A stretch of 64,000 bases of DNA from Macrostomum hystrix (taxonomy: Eukaryota > Animalia > Platyhelminthes): positions 186,001 through 250,000 of the forward strand of contig CATNEN010000004.1 in the NCBI GenBank assembly GCA_950097015.1, read 5' to 3'. This document shows positions 1 to 14,278 of this stretch, in pieces. Position numbers and translations under genes: made by a program. Below the pieces are notes generated by a model, which had not been told where the DNA came from, did no database searches, and worked only from the letters and a program-made list of their open reading frames with translations. Each line of letters starts with the position of its first letter. Within the stretch, counting starts at the first letter, position 1.

Positions 1-1230
1 GATGATCACCCAGTTGACAATGATCCCCCAGTTGACAATGATCCCCCAGTTGACAATGATTCCCGAGTTGACAATGATCCCGCCTGTTGACAATGATCCC
101 CCAGTTGACAATGATCCCCCACTTGAAAATGATCCCCCAGTTGACAATGATCCCCCAGTTGACAACGATCCCCCAGTTGACAATGATCCCCCAGTTGACA
201 ATGATCCCGCCCGTTGACAATGATCCCACAGTTGACAATGAACCCCCAGTTGACAATGAACCCCCAGTTGACAATGAACCCCCAGTTGACAATGATCCCC
301 CAGTTGACAATGATCCCCCAGTTGACAATGATCCCCCAGTTGACAATGAACCCCCAGTTGACAATGATCCCCCAGTTGACAATGATCCCCCAGTTGACAA
401 TGATCCCCCAGTTGACAATGAACCCCAGTTGACAACGATCCCCAAGTTGACAATGATCCCCCAGTTGACAATGATCCCGCCCGTTGACAATGATCCCACA
501 GTTGACAATGAACCCCCAGTTGGCAATGAACCCCCAGTTGACAATGAACCCCCAGTTGACAATGATCCCCCAGTTGACAATGATCCCCCAGTTGACAATG
601 AACCCCCAGTTGACAATGATCCCCCAGTTGACAATGATCCCCCAGTTGACAATGATCCCCCAGTTGACAATGAACCCCAGTTGACAACGATACCCCAGTT
701 GACAATGATCCCCCAGTTGACAATGATCCCGCCCGTTGACAATGATCCCACAGTTGACAATGAACCCCCAGTTGACAATGAACCCCCAGTTGACAATGAT
801 CCCCCAGTTGACAATGATCCCCCAGTTGACAATGATCCCCCAGTTGACAATGATCCCCCAGTTGACAATGATCCCCCAGTTGACAATGATCCCCCAGTTG
901 ACAATGATCCCCCAGTTGACAATGATCCCACAGTTGACAATGATCCCCCAGTTGACAATGATCCCCCAGTTCACAATGATCCCCCAGTTCACAATGATCC
1001 CCCAGTTGACAATGATCCCCCAGTTGACAATTATCCCCCAGTTGACAATTATCCCCCAGTTTACCATGATCCCCCAGTTGACGATTATCCCCCAGTTGAC
1101 CATTACCCCCTCGCAGTTGACAATGATCCCCCAGTTGACAATTATCCCCCAGTTTACCATGATCCCCCAGTTGACGATTATCCCCCAGTTCACCATGATC
1201 CCCATTTTGATGATGACTCCCCAGTTGACG
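1..1230. repeat. Tandem minisatellite, 18-bp unit GTTGACAATGATCCCCCA (runs off the window start)
   Basis: Unit read directly. Variant blocks (CCCGCCCGTT near 208, 477, 729) recur, and the array degenerates after ~1030. Confidence 0.97.
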
Positions 1231-1235
1231 TTGAT

Positions 1236-2775
1236 TTTTCAAACGCTGGGTTAGCCAAGATTCAATTTCAGGTTTCGCCATGTTTTAAACCCTGGTGGGC
1301 TATGATTCAAACTCTGGTTTAGCCATGATTCAAACTCTGGTTTAGCCATGATTCAAACTCTGGTTTAGCCATGATTCAAACGCTGGGTTAGCCATTATTG
1401 AAACTCGGTTTTTGCCATGATTCAAACTCTGGTTTAGCCATGATTCAAACGCTGGGTTAGCCATGATTGAAACTCTGGTTTAGCCAAGATTCAAACTCTG
1501 GTTGGCTATGATTTCAAACTCTGGTTTAGCCATGATTCAAACTCTGGTTTAGCCATGATTCAGACGCTGGTTTAGCCATGCTGATGATGATGGTTTAGCC
1601 ATGATTCAGACTCTGGTTTAGCCATGATTCAAACTCTGGTTGGCTAGGATTTCAAACTCTGGTTTAGCCATGATTCAAACTCTGGTTTAGCCATGATTCA
1701 AACTCTGGTTTAGCCATGATTCAAGCTCTGGTTTAGCCATGATTCAAACTCTGGTTTAGCCATGATTCAAACTCTGGTTTAGCCATGATTCAAACTCTGG
1801 TTTAGCCATGATTCAAACTCTGGTTTAGCCATGATTCAAACTCTGGTTTAGCCATGATTCAGACTCTGGTTTAGCCATGATTCAAACTCTGGTTTAGCCA
1901 TGATTGAAACTCTGGTTTAGCGATGATTTAAACTCTGGTTTAGCCACGATTCAAACTCTGGTTTAGCCATGATTCAAACTCTGGTTTAGCCATGATTCAA
2001 GCTCTGGTTTAGCCATGATTCAAGCTCTGGTTTAGCAATAATTCAAACTCTGGTTTAGCCATGATTGAAACTCTGGTTTAGCCATGATTCAGACTCTGGT
2101 TTAGCCATGATTCAAACTCTGGTTTAGCCATGATTCAGACTCTGGTTTAGCCATGATTCAAACTCTGGTTTAGCCATGATTCAGACTCTGGTTTAGCCAT
2201 GATTCAAACTCTGGTTTAGCCATGATTCAAACTCTGGTTTAGCCATGATTCAAACTCTGGTTTAGCCATGATTCAAACTCTGGTTTAGCCACGATTCAAA
2301 CTCTGGTTTAGCCATGATTCAGACTCTGGTTTAGCCATGATTCAAACTCTGGTTTAGCCATGATTCAAACTCTGGTTTAGCCATGATTCAAGCTCTGGTT
2401 TAGCCATGATTGAAACTCTGGTTTAGCCATGATTGAAACTCTGGTTTAGCCATGATTCAGACTCTGGTTTAGCCATGATTCAAACTCTGGTTTAGCCATG
2501 ATTCAGACTATGGTTTAGCCATGATTCAAACTCTGGTTTAGCCATGATTCAAACTCTGGTTTAGCCATGATTCAAACTCTGGTTTAGCCACGATTCAAAC
2601 TCTGGTTTAGCCATGATTCAGACTCTGGTTTAGCCATGATTCAAACTCTGGTTTAGCCATGATTCAGACTATGGTTTAGCCATGATTCAGACTCTGGTTT
2701 AGCCATGATTCAAACTCTGGTTTAGCCATGATTCAAACTCAGGCTTGCTATGACAAACTCAGGTTTGCTATGATT
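1236..2775. repeat. Tandem minisatellite, 23-bp unit ATTCAAACTCTGGTTTAGCCATG
   Basis: Unit read directly. It abuts the 18-bp array and is most degenerate next to the junction. Confidence 0.97.
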
Positions 2776-2869
2776 TATGATATTTTATTTACGAAATGAA
2801 AAAAATAAATTCAAATAATCTTCAATCACTACTGGCAGAAAATTTGTCTAAATGATTTGACGCAGTTCA

Positions 2870-3368
2870 GAATCGAACCCTAGCCTAGCCTAACCTATTC
2901 CTAGTGCCTACACATCGGCTATTCCGACTGTTGGTTAGTGGGTGCATAAATCAGCGTTATAAAATGAATTCTCAAAGTTCTGGCTTTGTACAATGAAGTG
3001 AGAAAATAGAGTACACTCAGTCTCGCGGTTGGTTGTGTACATTTATTTCCAATTTGTCTCCAGAGTGCAGGCTTCAAATTCAATCAGCTAGGGGTTGTTG
3101 CGCAATTTGACGATGCAATTCTAATTCAGTGGCAGTGAGTAAAATTCTCAATAGGCCAAGATGGTTTGACCTTTGAAAAATCATGTTTTTCGAATATTTA
3201 ATCCCTTTAGCAATAAAGTTAAGCTTAATAAAAATACGTGTATAATTGTCCCCATATTTAGCATCTTTTGGTGAAGAAATGGTGAAAATCGGTTGAGCCG
3301 TTCGGGAGAAAATCAATTACAACCAACCAACCAACCAAGCAAGCAAGCATTTCATTTTTAGTATAGTG
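2870..3368 (-). mobile_element. Non-autonomous Helitron-like element fragment, 5' end near 3368 on the minus strand
   Basis: Minus strand reads CTATACTAAAAATGAAATG-(CTTG/GTTG)n-...AACGGCTCAACCGATTTT, the terminus + microsatellite + AACCGATTT layout of invertebrate non-autonomous Helitrons. It shares a TAGCCTAACCTA...GTGCCTAC...GGCTAT segment (2878-2960) with 3933-4010. Confidence 0.55.
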
Positions 3369-3528
3369 GAGGACGAGCCACTCGACTCGATTTATTTTCC
3401 TCCTCTCGACGCCTACGTGCATACTCACGATTCTTCCGAAGACGCTCTTCTCTTTCATCGTCTGTTTCAGCACGGCGATGCTGCTTCGCTTGGCGGCTCT
3501 TTTGGAGAAAGCTCTTGCGCTTAGGCAT
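3358..3528 (-). pseudogene. Truncated 56-aa ORF resembling the basic/acidic (STPR-like) N-terminus of Helitron RepHel proteins
   Basis: Own translation: MPKRKSFLQKSRQAKQHRRAETDDEREERLRKNREYARRRREEENKSSRVARPPLY*. Too short for the ORF track. It ends where the neighbouring Helitron-like terminus begins. Confidence 0.5.
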
Positions 3529-4474
3529 TACTTTGCTTAGACAATGAAGACAAAAATCCGATAAAAGTGTTCAGATATACGAAATGCTTTTTATAGACAA
3601 AGCGATGGGTGAATAAATTTGAAGAAACAAACCATGCAGCTCTCATACCTTTAAATCAATATCTGTTGCATATGTACTCCTGATTTGTACATTCGCCTTT
3701 GTACCTGTACAAACTGTACCCTGTCAATACAGAAATTTCTGTATTGAATGCAGCAGCCAATCGCAAATGTAAGCGATAATCTCATTTAGCATTCAGCTTA
3801 AAAACGTGAAACATACGTGAAACATACAAAAGAAAAAAGGTTACTTAGCACACTGACTGTTACTGAAAGTAGCAGGTGGCATCCATTAAGACAATTAATT
3901 TGCCAGCCGCACTGGGGACTCGAGCCGGGGAATCCTAGCCTAACCTAGCCTAAGTGCCTACCAGCTGGCTATCCGACCGTTGATGTGAGGGCACAAAAAT
4001 CTGCATATTTATGTTTGAATCTCTCACTGCTAGCTAGCTAAGAAGTGTACATTTTAGTGCGTCTAGGCTAGCAATGAATAATTCAGCCAGCCAGGGTAAG
4101 CGGGACCCACAAATACACACGATATGCACATTTAGCACTGGGCAATTCATTTGGCCGGCAGGAAAGGTCCACACGCACATTGATGCGCATGGATTTTTTA
4201 GCCTATGCAGAAAAGAGGGTAAGAGAGTAAATTGAACTTGGGCACTGCTGATGCAATCTAATGAAATGAACACTTTTAGCAAGCCAGAGCAGCCGAGCAT
4301 GTTTGAACTTGAATGAACTTTGCAAAAAATACAGTTTTCTGTCAATTTAACAGTCTTAATATAAACAGAATTCAACCAATTTTAAGCCACACCACCGGCT
4401 GAAAATTTCGAATCGAATTCAACAAATCCGGTTGAAAATGGTCCAGGCATTCAGCTTAAAACGTGAAACATACG

Positions 4475-4506
<32 letters not shown>

Positions 4507-4541
4507 TAGGCAGAAACATACACAGATTTAGGTATTAGATT
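3369..4541 (-). mobile_element. Helitron-like element fragment, 5' end near 4540 on the minus strand, with (GACA)n microsatellite
   Basis: Minus strand begins TCTAATACCTAAATCTG...(TGTC)n...TTTTCAACCGGATTT. CATTCAGCTTAAAACGTGAAACATACG is duplicated at ~3790 and ~4449. Contains the RepHel-like ORF start at 3528. Confidence 0.55.
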
Positions 4542-5348
4542 TCATTTCACACTAAGAAGCTTTTTTACATACAAGTAGAAACTAATTTAAACTCACTCAC
4601 TTTCAGAAAAGCATTGGCAAGTCAACAAATATTCACCAACATTTTATAGATTGGTTATATAATTATAGCCAATTTTAAATGCTAACTTTGAAATAAATTT
4701 GAAGAATTGATACTGGCCTTGATCACAAATCCTACCCTGCAGATTTGGTTACTGCTGTCTCAACTGGCAGTACTGCTAAAACAAATTCTAAAAGTCCTGC
4801 CATGTGGTAGTGTCAAAATATAGCACTTAATGAGTTACTGACCCTGCAAATAGTCAGCTATCTAGATTCTAGAATACCCTTAAGAAGCTGTGCACCCTTA
4901 AGACGCAATACAAAAACTGTCTAACTGACAAGCCAGGTCAGGACTAAGTAAGGGATATGGCAATCTCATGCTTAGAGTGTGTGCTTCTTTTGTGCTTCGG
5001 TGTAAGGCAAAAATATTATTTAAAAAATTAAACAAAAAGTATTTAAAATACACTGTGAAACAATCAGTCATAAAGACTAATAAATAATTCAACCTCTGAT
5101 TAGGTAGCTTTAGCAATGGTAAGAATTCACAGAAGACCCTTGGCTACTATCTTTAGCCCTTAGGTTTTCTATTGCAGGAGTAGAAGACTATTAAGGTCAA
5201 GTTGCATTCTGATTAGCCAAGGATCCAGTTCAGGGTATAGTTGGAAGGATAGTTGGGATCTAACTGCCTGGCTGGCCAGGACTGGCTAGGTGTGAATTGA
5301 CCAATTTCTTGAAATATTATTATTCTTATTATTATTCTTAGTTGAGAC

Positions 5349-6280
5349 GGATCCGGTCCATTTCGGCGACAAGTCATTTCGGCGACAACCATTTTGGCGA
5401 CAAGTCATTTCGGCGACAACCACTTCGGCGACAAACATCAAAACCGCAGTAATAATGGATCTGATAGTGTTTGCTTGTTGAGTATGTAATGTATTTGATT
5501 CTTCTACTTTTATTAATGTATTCCTGTTATAGTATTTGTTTTTTCATGTAATATAAATAGCCGCGCGAGTTTGGATCAGTTTGGTCCGCGCTCTATGTGC
5601 GTCAACCTCACCTTGTCTTACTTATAAGTAGCATCGTGCAATGTGATGTGCAATGTGCGATGTGCAATGAACAATGTACATTGGATCTCAAGTTGAGGGA
5701 AAGGATGAGTTAGAGAGGACAACAGGCTCAGTGCTATAACGTGCAATATAAGCTGATATGGTGTATAAAAGCCAGCCAACCAGTTAGTCAGCCAGTTAGT
5801 TATTCAGTCATGTTTAGCTGTGTTGTTTGCCACGATCTGGTCAGACATAGGCAGCAAGCGCTGCAATGTGACGAATGTTCCAGGAGGCAGCTTAGGACCT
5901 GCACAGTGATCACAGTGCATGTTGCCGATTTGTTCTATTTGTTTTATTCGATTAAATTTTATTACTTTTCATTGAACTTATTGAACTAATTGAGATTGCA
6001 GTGGTGTCTTTGTTGGTGTCTTTGTTCCGCGGTTCTGCCGATTTGTGGCTTCTTTTATTCGATTAAATTTTATTACTTTTAATCGAACTTATCGATCTAA
6101 TTGCGATCACAGTGCATTTGTTGCCGATTTGTTCTATTTGTTTTATTCGATTTAATTTTATTACTTTTAAATGGCGGGCCCTGTTTCAAAAGTATTGTCG
6201 CCGAAATGGTTGTCGCCGAAATGACTTGTCGCCGAAATGGTTGTCGCCGAAATGGTCTGTCACCGAAATGGACTGTTTCC
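5349..6280. mobile_element. Non-autonomous TIR (Mutator/foldback-like) DNA transposon, 932 bp, 8-bp TSD GTTGAGAC
   Basis: Inverted termini 5349-5433 and 6195-6280 start GG and end CC, each built of five CATTTCGGCGACAA-type repeats. Identical GTTGAGAC flanks at 5341-5348 and 6281-6288. Internal PHD-finger-like fragment and a triplicated AT-rich segment. Confidence 0.85.
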
Positions 6281-9200
6281 GTTGAGACTAAGCACATTCT
6301 TAGTTTTGAAAAGTACAAAAATAACTTGCATGACATGACTAAAAACAATACATTTAGAGAAGATGATATGAAAAGAATGTGCTTATGCAACATTATTGGA
6401 TAGAAATGAAAGGAATGTAATAAACTTTATCTGTAAGCTTTTGACCCAAAAAGCAACCTAAAAACCACAGGGTTGTTAAAAAAAACTCAGTTTCAATACG
6501 TAATAAAAAAGGCAGAACTAAGAAAACATAGAATATATACTTGTATGACAAAGTACTACTTATGATAAACTAAATGCTTAAAAATCGCAATAATAAAAGT
6601 TAAAAAATTTTAAAGTTTAAAAGCTCTGAAAACTTCTTTATGCAAGTAAATATTATTTGATAAGAAATAAGTTGTACAAAGAAACACTTCGCGATGTAAC
6701 ACAATTTCTTAGTTCTTCAATATCAAAAACCAAGAATATACATAGTACATAAGTTAAATTCTATCCCTGTAGTTTAAAGGACTTATATTAGTAAAACTAG
6801 TTATAAAAAGGCGTGAATGGAACATCGCGCATGATACACCGCATTGTCAGACGATCTGTCGCGAAAATTCTTAGATTTTTTAGAATTTGAATTTTAAAAC
6901 GATAACTTACTGTTACTTAACAAAACGAAAAGAACCACAATTAATTAATTGACTTATCTAAGTTTTGTAGTACTTTTTATAATAATTAAAATAAATAATA
7001 CAACTAAACCTTCGTGTGAAGTATAATATGTTCTTTGAAAAGGAGCTTTATTTATCGATATTAATTTCATGCGACTTTTACAATCAATATTTCCATGTCT
7101 GGAGTCTACAGCAGTGCAGCCCTGTCTCAAATGATCTCAAATGTATCAAAGCCTCAAATAATTTCAAGTTTATAAGGGCCTACAACTTTTTATTACTTAT
7201 GAATCGTTTACGTACCTGTTTGTCGATGCATTAGTATTACATTGAAAGTCTAGTATATCGAATCTAATCACTCACTCTAGGCTAACTAAGGACTAAATCT
7301 AGATTCTAATGTGAAAAATAATTTGAACTGCTAGAGCAGCGAAAATTTATTTATTTACTATGCATATTATGTTTTGGCTATGCTGGTGGTAAGTAGCCAG
7401 TCAAAATATATATTCCAATCATTTCAATCGAAAGTTTTTTTTAAATTGCATGTAGCAAGCAGAGTTGGGTTTCTCATTCTGTGTATTTAATATTGTTGTA
7501 AATTTCATCCTACTCGTAGTTTCTTTATATACTCTTTTCATTCTAGGTTACTTTTCACTATCATACCAATTTAATTGGTTTTAAATTAAGATTAAATAAT
7601 CAAAATTGCTTAAGAAAAGTATATTATCTCAATATGCTCACAATTAAAACAGCAAATTTTGGGTTAAAAAATTATGGATAAAAAATTATATGCAATGAAA
7701 CTTTTAGGTTTTAAAAAATCCTGAAAGCACCCATGACCAAGCCCTAAATTTTTTCATCTAGGCATTTTGGCTGTTTAGAATGGCTTAAGTTTTTTACCAA
7801 CAATTCATTTGTTTTGATCATTTGTCTTTGTTCTTTTCTTGGCTTTTTTAACTTTTAGCCAATTTGTTTTGTTTGAATATTGCTTTCTTTATATTGCCCA
7901 CATTTCAAATTTTTTTTCTGTGCATTGTTTTCTCTAGTTGTTCATATATAATTGCCTATTTATCCACTCCATTCTATCTAACAAGTAGATGCACAATACT
8001 TGGGTGCTTTATTTTAACTTATTTTCAATATTCTTTTAGAACTCCATCTTTGTTTTCTAGTAACCTATTCGATATTTCTGTTTTGTCTTTGTTCCCTTGG
8101 TCATTTGTCATTAGCTCATTATTTTTCAATCCCTGTTCATGTAATTCAACCCTCATATTTGTTTATTATACTAGCCTTAATTATTTACTTTTAAACTTCT
8201 GGGTTTATTTTTTGTTCATGGTTGGCCATATAAACCTCTTAGCCATATGCAATATAACCCCAGCTGACTCCCAATTGTGTACAGCAATCTTTGGCTTCAA
8301 GGCAAATTATGAAAACTTCACTGGACTCCATCAGATACCATTGGCGTGCTTCACAATCCAAGCAACTAGGCTATGCCGCAGTGCATTATAGCTCAGTCTC
8401 TTGCAGGCCCACTTGCAGTACAGTTTGGGTGCATAGTGCATTGCTGAGGGGGCCCACATCTGTATGCAAGGCACACGCAATATGCCTCTCGACTCTGACT
8501 GAGTTGGTCTGGCATTGCTGACTGTGTCGATGGCGCTAAATTGTAGCTGGGCTGGCACTGTGTAGCCATGAGCGCGCCAATAACTCAGCGGCCATGTAGA
8601 AAATTCTTCGAATATTGGCACCTAATAAATTTGTCATTTTTGTGTGCACAGATTACGATTTCCAAGCACCAATCATTCTTTAATTAGTTTTCTTTCAAAC
8701 TCACCAGCTTCTGCCGACATATGATGCACTTTAATGAACTATAGAGAACTATTTGAAATGCAGAGCTGTTGTACTTGAAGTAGCGCAAGTTGGCGGAACT
8801 GATCCAGGTTAAACCGCCTCGGCTCATGGCGCTATTGCCTCAGTATTGTGCTGCGCATTTTATTCATGACAGATGCGATGTGCTTTTTGGAATTCGCTAA
8901 AATCTCCTATTAATATCTATCAAAATTATAACCAGCGCTGCATGCTGCCAGGGTCTGGACCATAGACTGTTTGTCAAAACACTACTCGAAACTCGTATAT
9001 CCAAGGATGTAAGAAATTTCGAGTTATATTAATGGCCTTTATTGAAATGTATTACATGTGTACCTGTTTGTTCGATTCTCGTAGCAATTAATTATACACG
9101 GAATCGAAGCAGGATTTCAAACAAAATTCAAAGCTGCTTCCTTGTTAGAATTATCAAAGTGGTTTTTTTCTAGTTGGAATCGCATTAGAACTATATGAAT

Positions 9201-9360
9201 CGCAGAATCCCTAGAATAGCAGCAAAGCTATTTCTTAGAAAAGCTGATTGATTTCTAGTTAGAATCGGCAAATGAGCTACACCGAGAATGATTCATAGAA
9301 TCCTCATAGAATGACAAAGTGGATTAGAGAAATAAAAAATAAATCTATTAATAATACTGA

Positions 9361-9376
9361 AACTCTCTCACTTCAG
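9361..9376 (+). promoter_or_regulatory. 3' splice acceptor 13 nt upstream of the SNF8 ATG (5'UTR intron or SL trans-splice acceptor)
   Basis: AACTCTCTCACTTCAG at 9361-9376, with a shift from AT-rich to GC-rich sequence at this point. Confidence 0.5.
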
Positions 9377-9389
9377 CCCGCCTGAAGCA

Positions 9390-10133
9390 ATGCGTAGAGG
9401 CGTCGGAGTTGGCGGCGCACAGCGGCACGCGGCCGCCGCCGACCGGTTTAAAAGCAAAGGCGGCCAGCTGGCCGACCAGGAGCTGTCGCAACTCAGCAGC
9501 CAGGTTGGCGCATTCCGGCATCACCTGGAGGAGTTTGCGCGCAAGCACGCTGAGAAGATACGCAAGAATCAGCAGTTTCGAGCTCAGTTCCAGCAGATGT
9601 GCGCAGCCATCGGTGTGGATCCGCTGCAATCCAGCAAGGGCTTCTGGTCCGACCTGCTTGGCGTTGGCTGCTTCTATTTCGAATTAGGCGTCAAGATTAT
9701 CGAGGTTACCATGGCAACCAGTCACAAGCACGGCGGCCTGATGGATGTCGGCGACTTGTTGAAGGCGTTGAATGCCAGACGGGGCAGCTCGGATCCGGTG
9801 TCCGAGGACGACATTATCCGCGCCGTTGATAAGCTGCGTTGCCTAGGCAACGGCTTCAGCCTGGTGACGCTGGGCAATCGTCGTCTGGTGCAGTCCGTGC
9901 CTGGCGAGCTCAGCCTGGATGCCAACTCGGTGATGCGCCTGGCAGACGAAGCCGGCGGCTGCGTTACGGCGTCGGCCTGCCGGGCGGGGCTGGCCTGGGC
10001 GCCGGAGCGGGTTGACCGGGTGCTCGACCAGCTGGTGCGCGAGGCTTTCGCCTGGGTTGACGACGGCCATCCGAACGGAGGCGAGCGGGCCTTCTGGTTC
10101 CCTAGTCTGGTGCCGGCGCTGCTGGCTGCTTAA
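9390..10133 (+). CDS. SNF8: ESCRT-II subunit SNF8/Vps22/EAP30, single coding exon, 247 aa
   Basis: Recognisable motifs MRRGVGVG, LEEFARKH...IRKNQQFRAQFQQMCAAIGVDPL, KGFWSDLLGVGCFYFELGVKIIE, HGGLM, GNGF, LVQSVPGELS, AWVDD and FWFPSL. Uninterrupted ORF. Confidence 0.97.
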   Translation: MRRGVGVGGAQRHAAAADRFKSKGGQLADQELSQLSSQVGAFRHHLEEFARKHAEKIRKNQQFRAQFQQMCAAIGVDPLQSSKGFWSDLLGVGCFYFELGVKIIEVTMATSHKHGGLMDVGDLLKALNARRGSSDPVSEDDIIRAVDKLRCLGNGFSLVTLGNRRLVQSVPGELSLDANSVMRLADEAGGCVTASACRAGLAWAPERVDRVLDQLVREAFAWVDDGHPNGGERAFWFPSLVPALLAA

Positions 10134-10316
10134 TCCTGATCTTCATTGTCAGTAGATTGTCCTCCCAACTTGCCTAGATCCCGGGTTATAACTGATGAAA
10201 TCCCATCTGGATCAGGAAATCTCCGATCTGACAGAATAGCAACTTTGCCAAATGTTGTCTCACTAAAATTCAGATCAACTTAATTCATAATCCTACAGTT
10301 TGCTTGTATTGACATA

Positions 10317-10322
10317 AATAAA
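10317..10322 (+). terminator. Probable polyadenylation signal of SNF8
   Basis: AATAAA ~185 nt after the stop codon. Confidence 0.5.
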
Positions 10323-10877
10323 AGAGTTTATCTGAGAAGCATGTATAAATAATGACCTGCTTTTTCACCTATAGGAGTTCAGGTAGCCTGGAAATTATTT
10401 CGCACTACTATAAGTAGTCTATAAATACAAGTTTCAATTGCGTGAATTATATAGTTTCACTCTTTTTAAAACACAGATGCACTGAACACTGAACGCATAT
10501 GCTGCTTATAACAATTTATGAGTAGTAATGTATGATATTCCATCGCTTCGATTTAACTAAGCTACTAGATCAAACTATAGATAACTTAATGTTTATGTGT
10601 GTATTCACTGTTCTGCGCTCGATAAAAATGCAAAAAATAGCTTTTTCGAAAACAACAACATGCAGTGCTTCAAAAAATAAACAAGTGGAGTTTATATTAG
10701 TGGAGTCAATAAACAACTTTGGAGACTGCCGGTCCCCAGACCCCAGTCCAAGTGGCTCCCCGACATGAGCCAAGGTGCAGTCTGAAAGTGGCTGGAATTC
10801 CCACAGAAAGTGCTCCAGCAGCCGCTTGCTGCTTGGCAGGCAGGAGGGTTGAGCAAGAAGTACAAATCATCTGATCA

Positions 10878-13250
<2,373 letters not shown>

Positions 13251-14278
13251 CTATAACTGTGAGTGCCCCATCACTTTCACATACCTGGATCCTTCACTGA
13301 GAATTTAATAAACCAGTTATCATTTGATATAATTAATATACTCATAGTCATGAGAATCACCTCATTTCTCAAAATTGCCCACAAGCAAGACCCCTCATCG
13401 AGATTTGAGCAAAGCCATTTTGTTTCTAAAGTCTTCACAGTTGTGCAGACTTCCCTGACCCTGAGGACAATAATATTAGCTAGCTATACATACATGCATG
13501 CATGCATAGGTTTTGTTACCTTAGTGCGAACTTACAAACAGACTATGAGTATATTGTTTGTGTTCGTGAGAAATAGACCCATTGGCAGTATTTGCGTGAC
13601 ATGCCTGCGTACGTAAAGTGCCTACATTTTTTTATAAGTCCTAGTTGCTTAGCCGACTGACTTATCAGACAATTTGGGTCAGTTGCGTATTAAATTGTGT
13701 ATCAAAAAATGAATTAACAATACAATATACTCTATGAGCTGCCTAAATGTAGCCATAATAAAATTATATAACTGAAAAACAACGATACATTAATTTAAGA
13801 TGGCAACACACAGAAATGAAGTTAATTGTTCAGTGGATTCAATAAAAAAATAACACAATAAAGTAAACTTTTAGTTTTAGACACAGAGATAAGGCAGATA
13901 TATATAGTTGCTCGCTTCTTAATTCCTTTACCCATTTGTGGACTGATGGTTGGCCTAAGCAACGCCGCACCACCCACCCCACCCCAGCCCAGACCACCCA
14001 CCCCAACACTTTCACACCTCCCTCCCTGCCTCCGTCCTTCCCCCCGGTCTAAAAAAGCCCGTGGCGCAATTAAAATTAACAACGCAACCTTCCTCTTTAT
14101 TGAATTGACGCTAAACGAGCCACCCTGGCAACTTTTCGATTCTATTCAACTTTTGTTTTCGGTTTATGATGACAACACTGATGCGCTTGTAAGGGCTTGT
14201 ACCAAGAGTCGACGAAACGGTAATTACTGAAGTTATTTATTTTACTAATCTGTATGCACAATTGCTGCATTGCTGATT

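Noticed and set aside
7864-8391. 175-aa hydrophobic ORF
   Set aside because: TTG start and T-rich low-complexity DNA giving F/L/I/S bias. No recognisable family.
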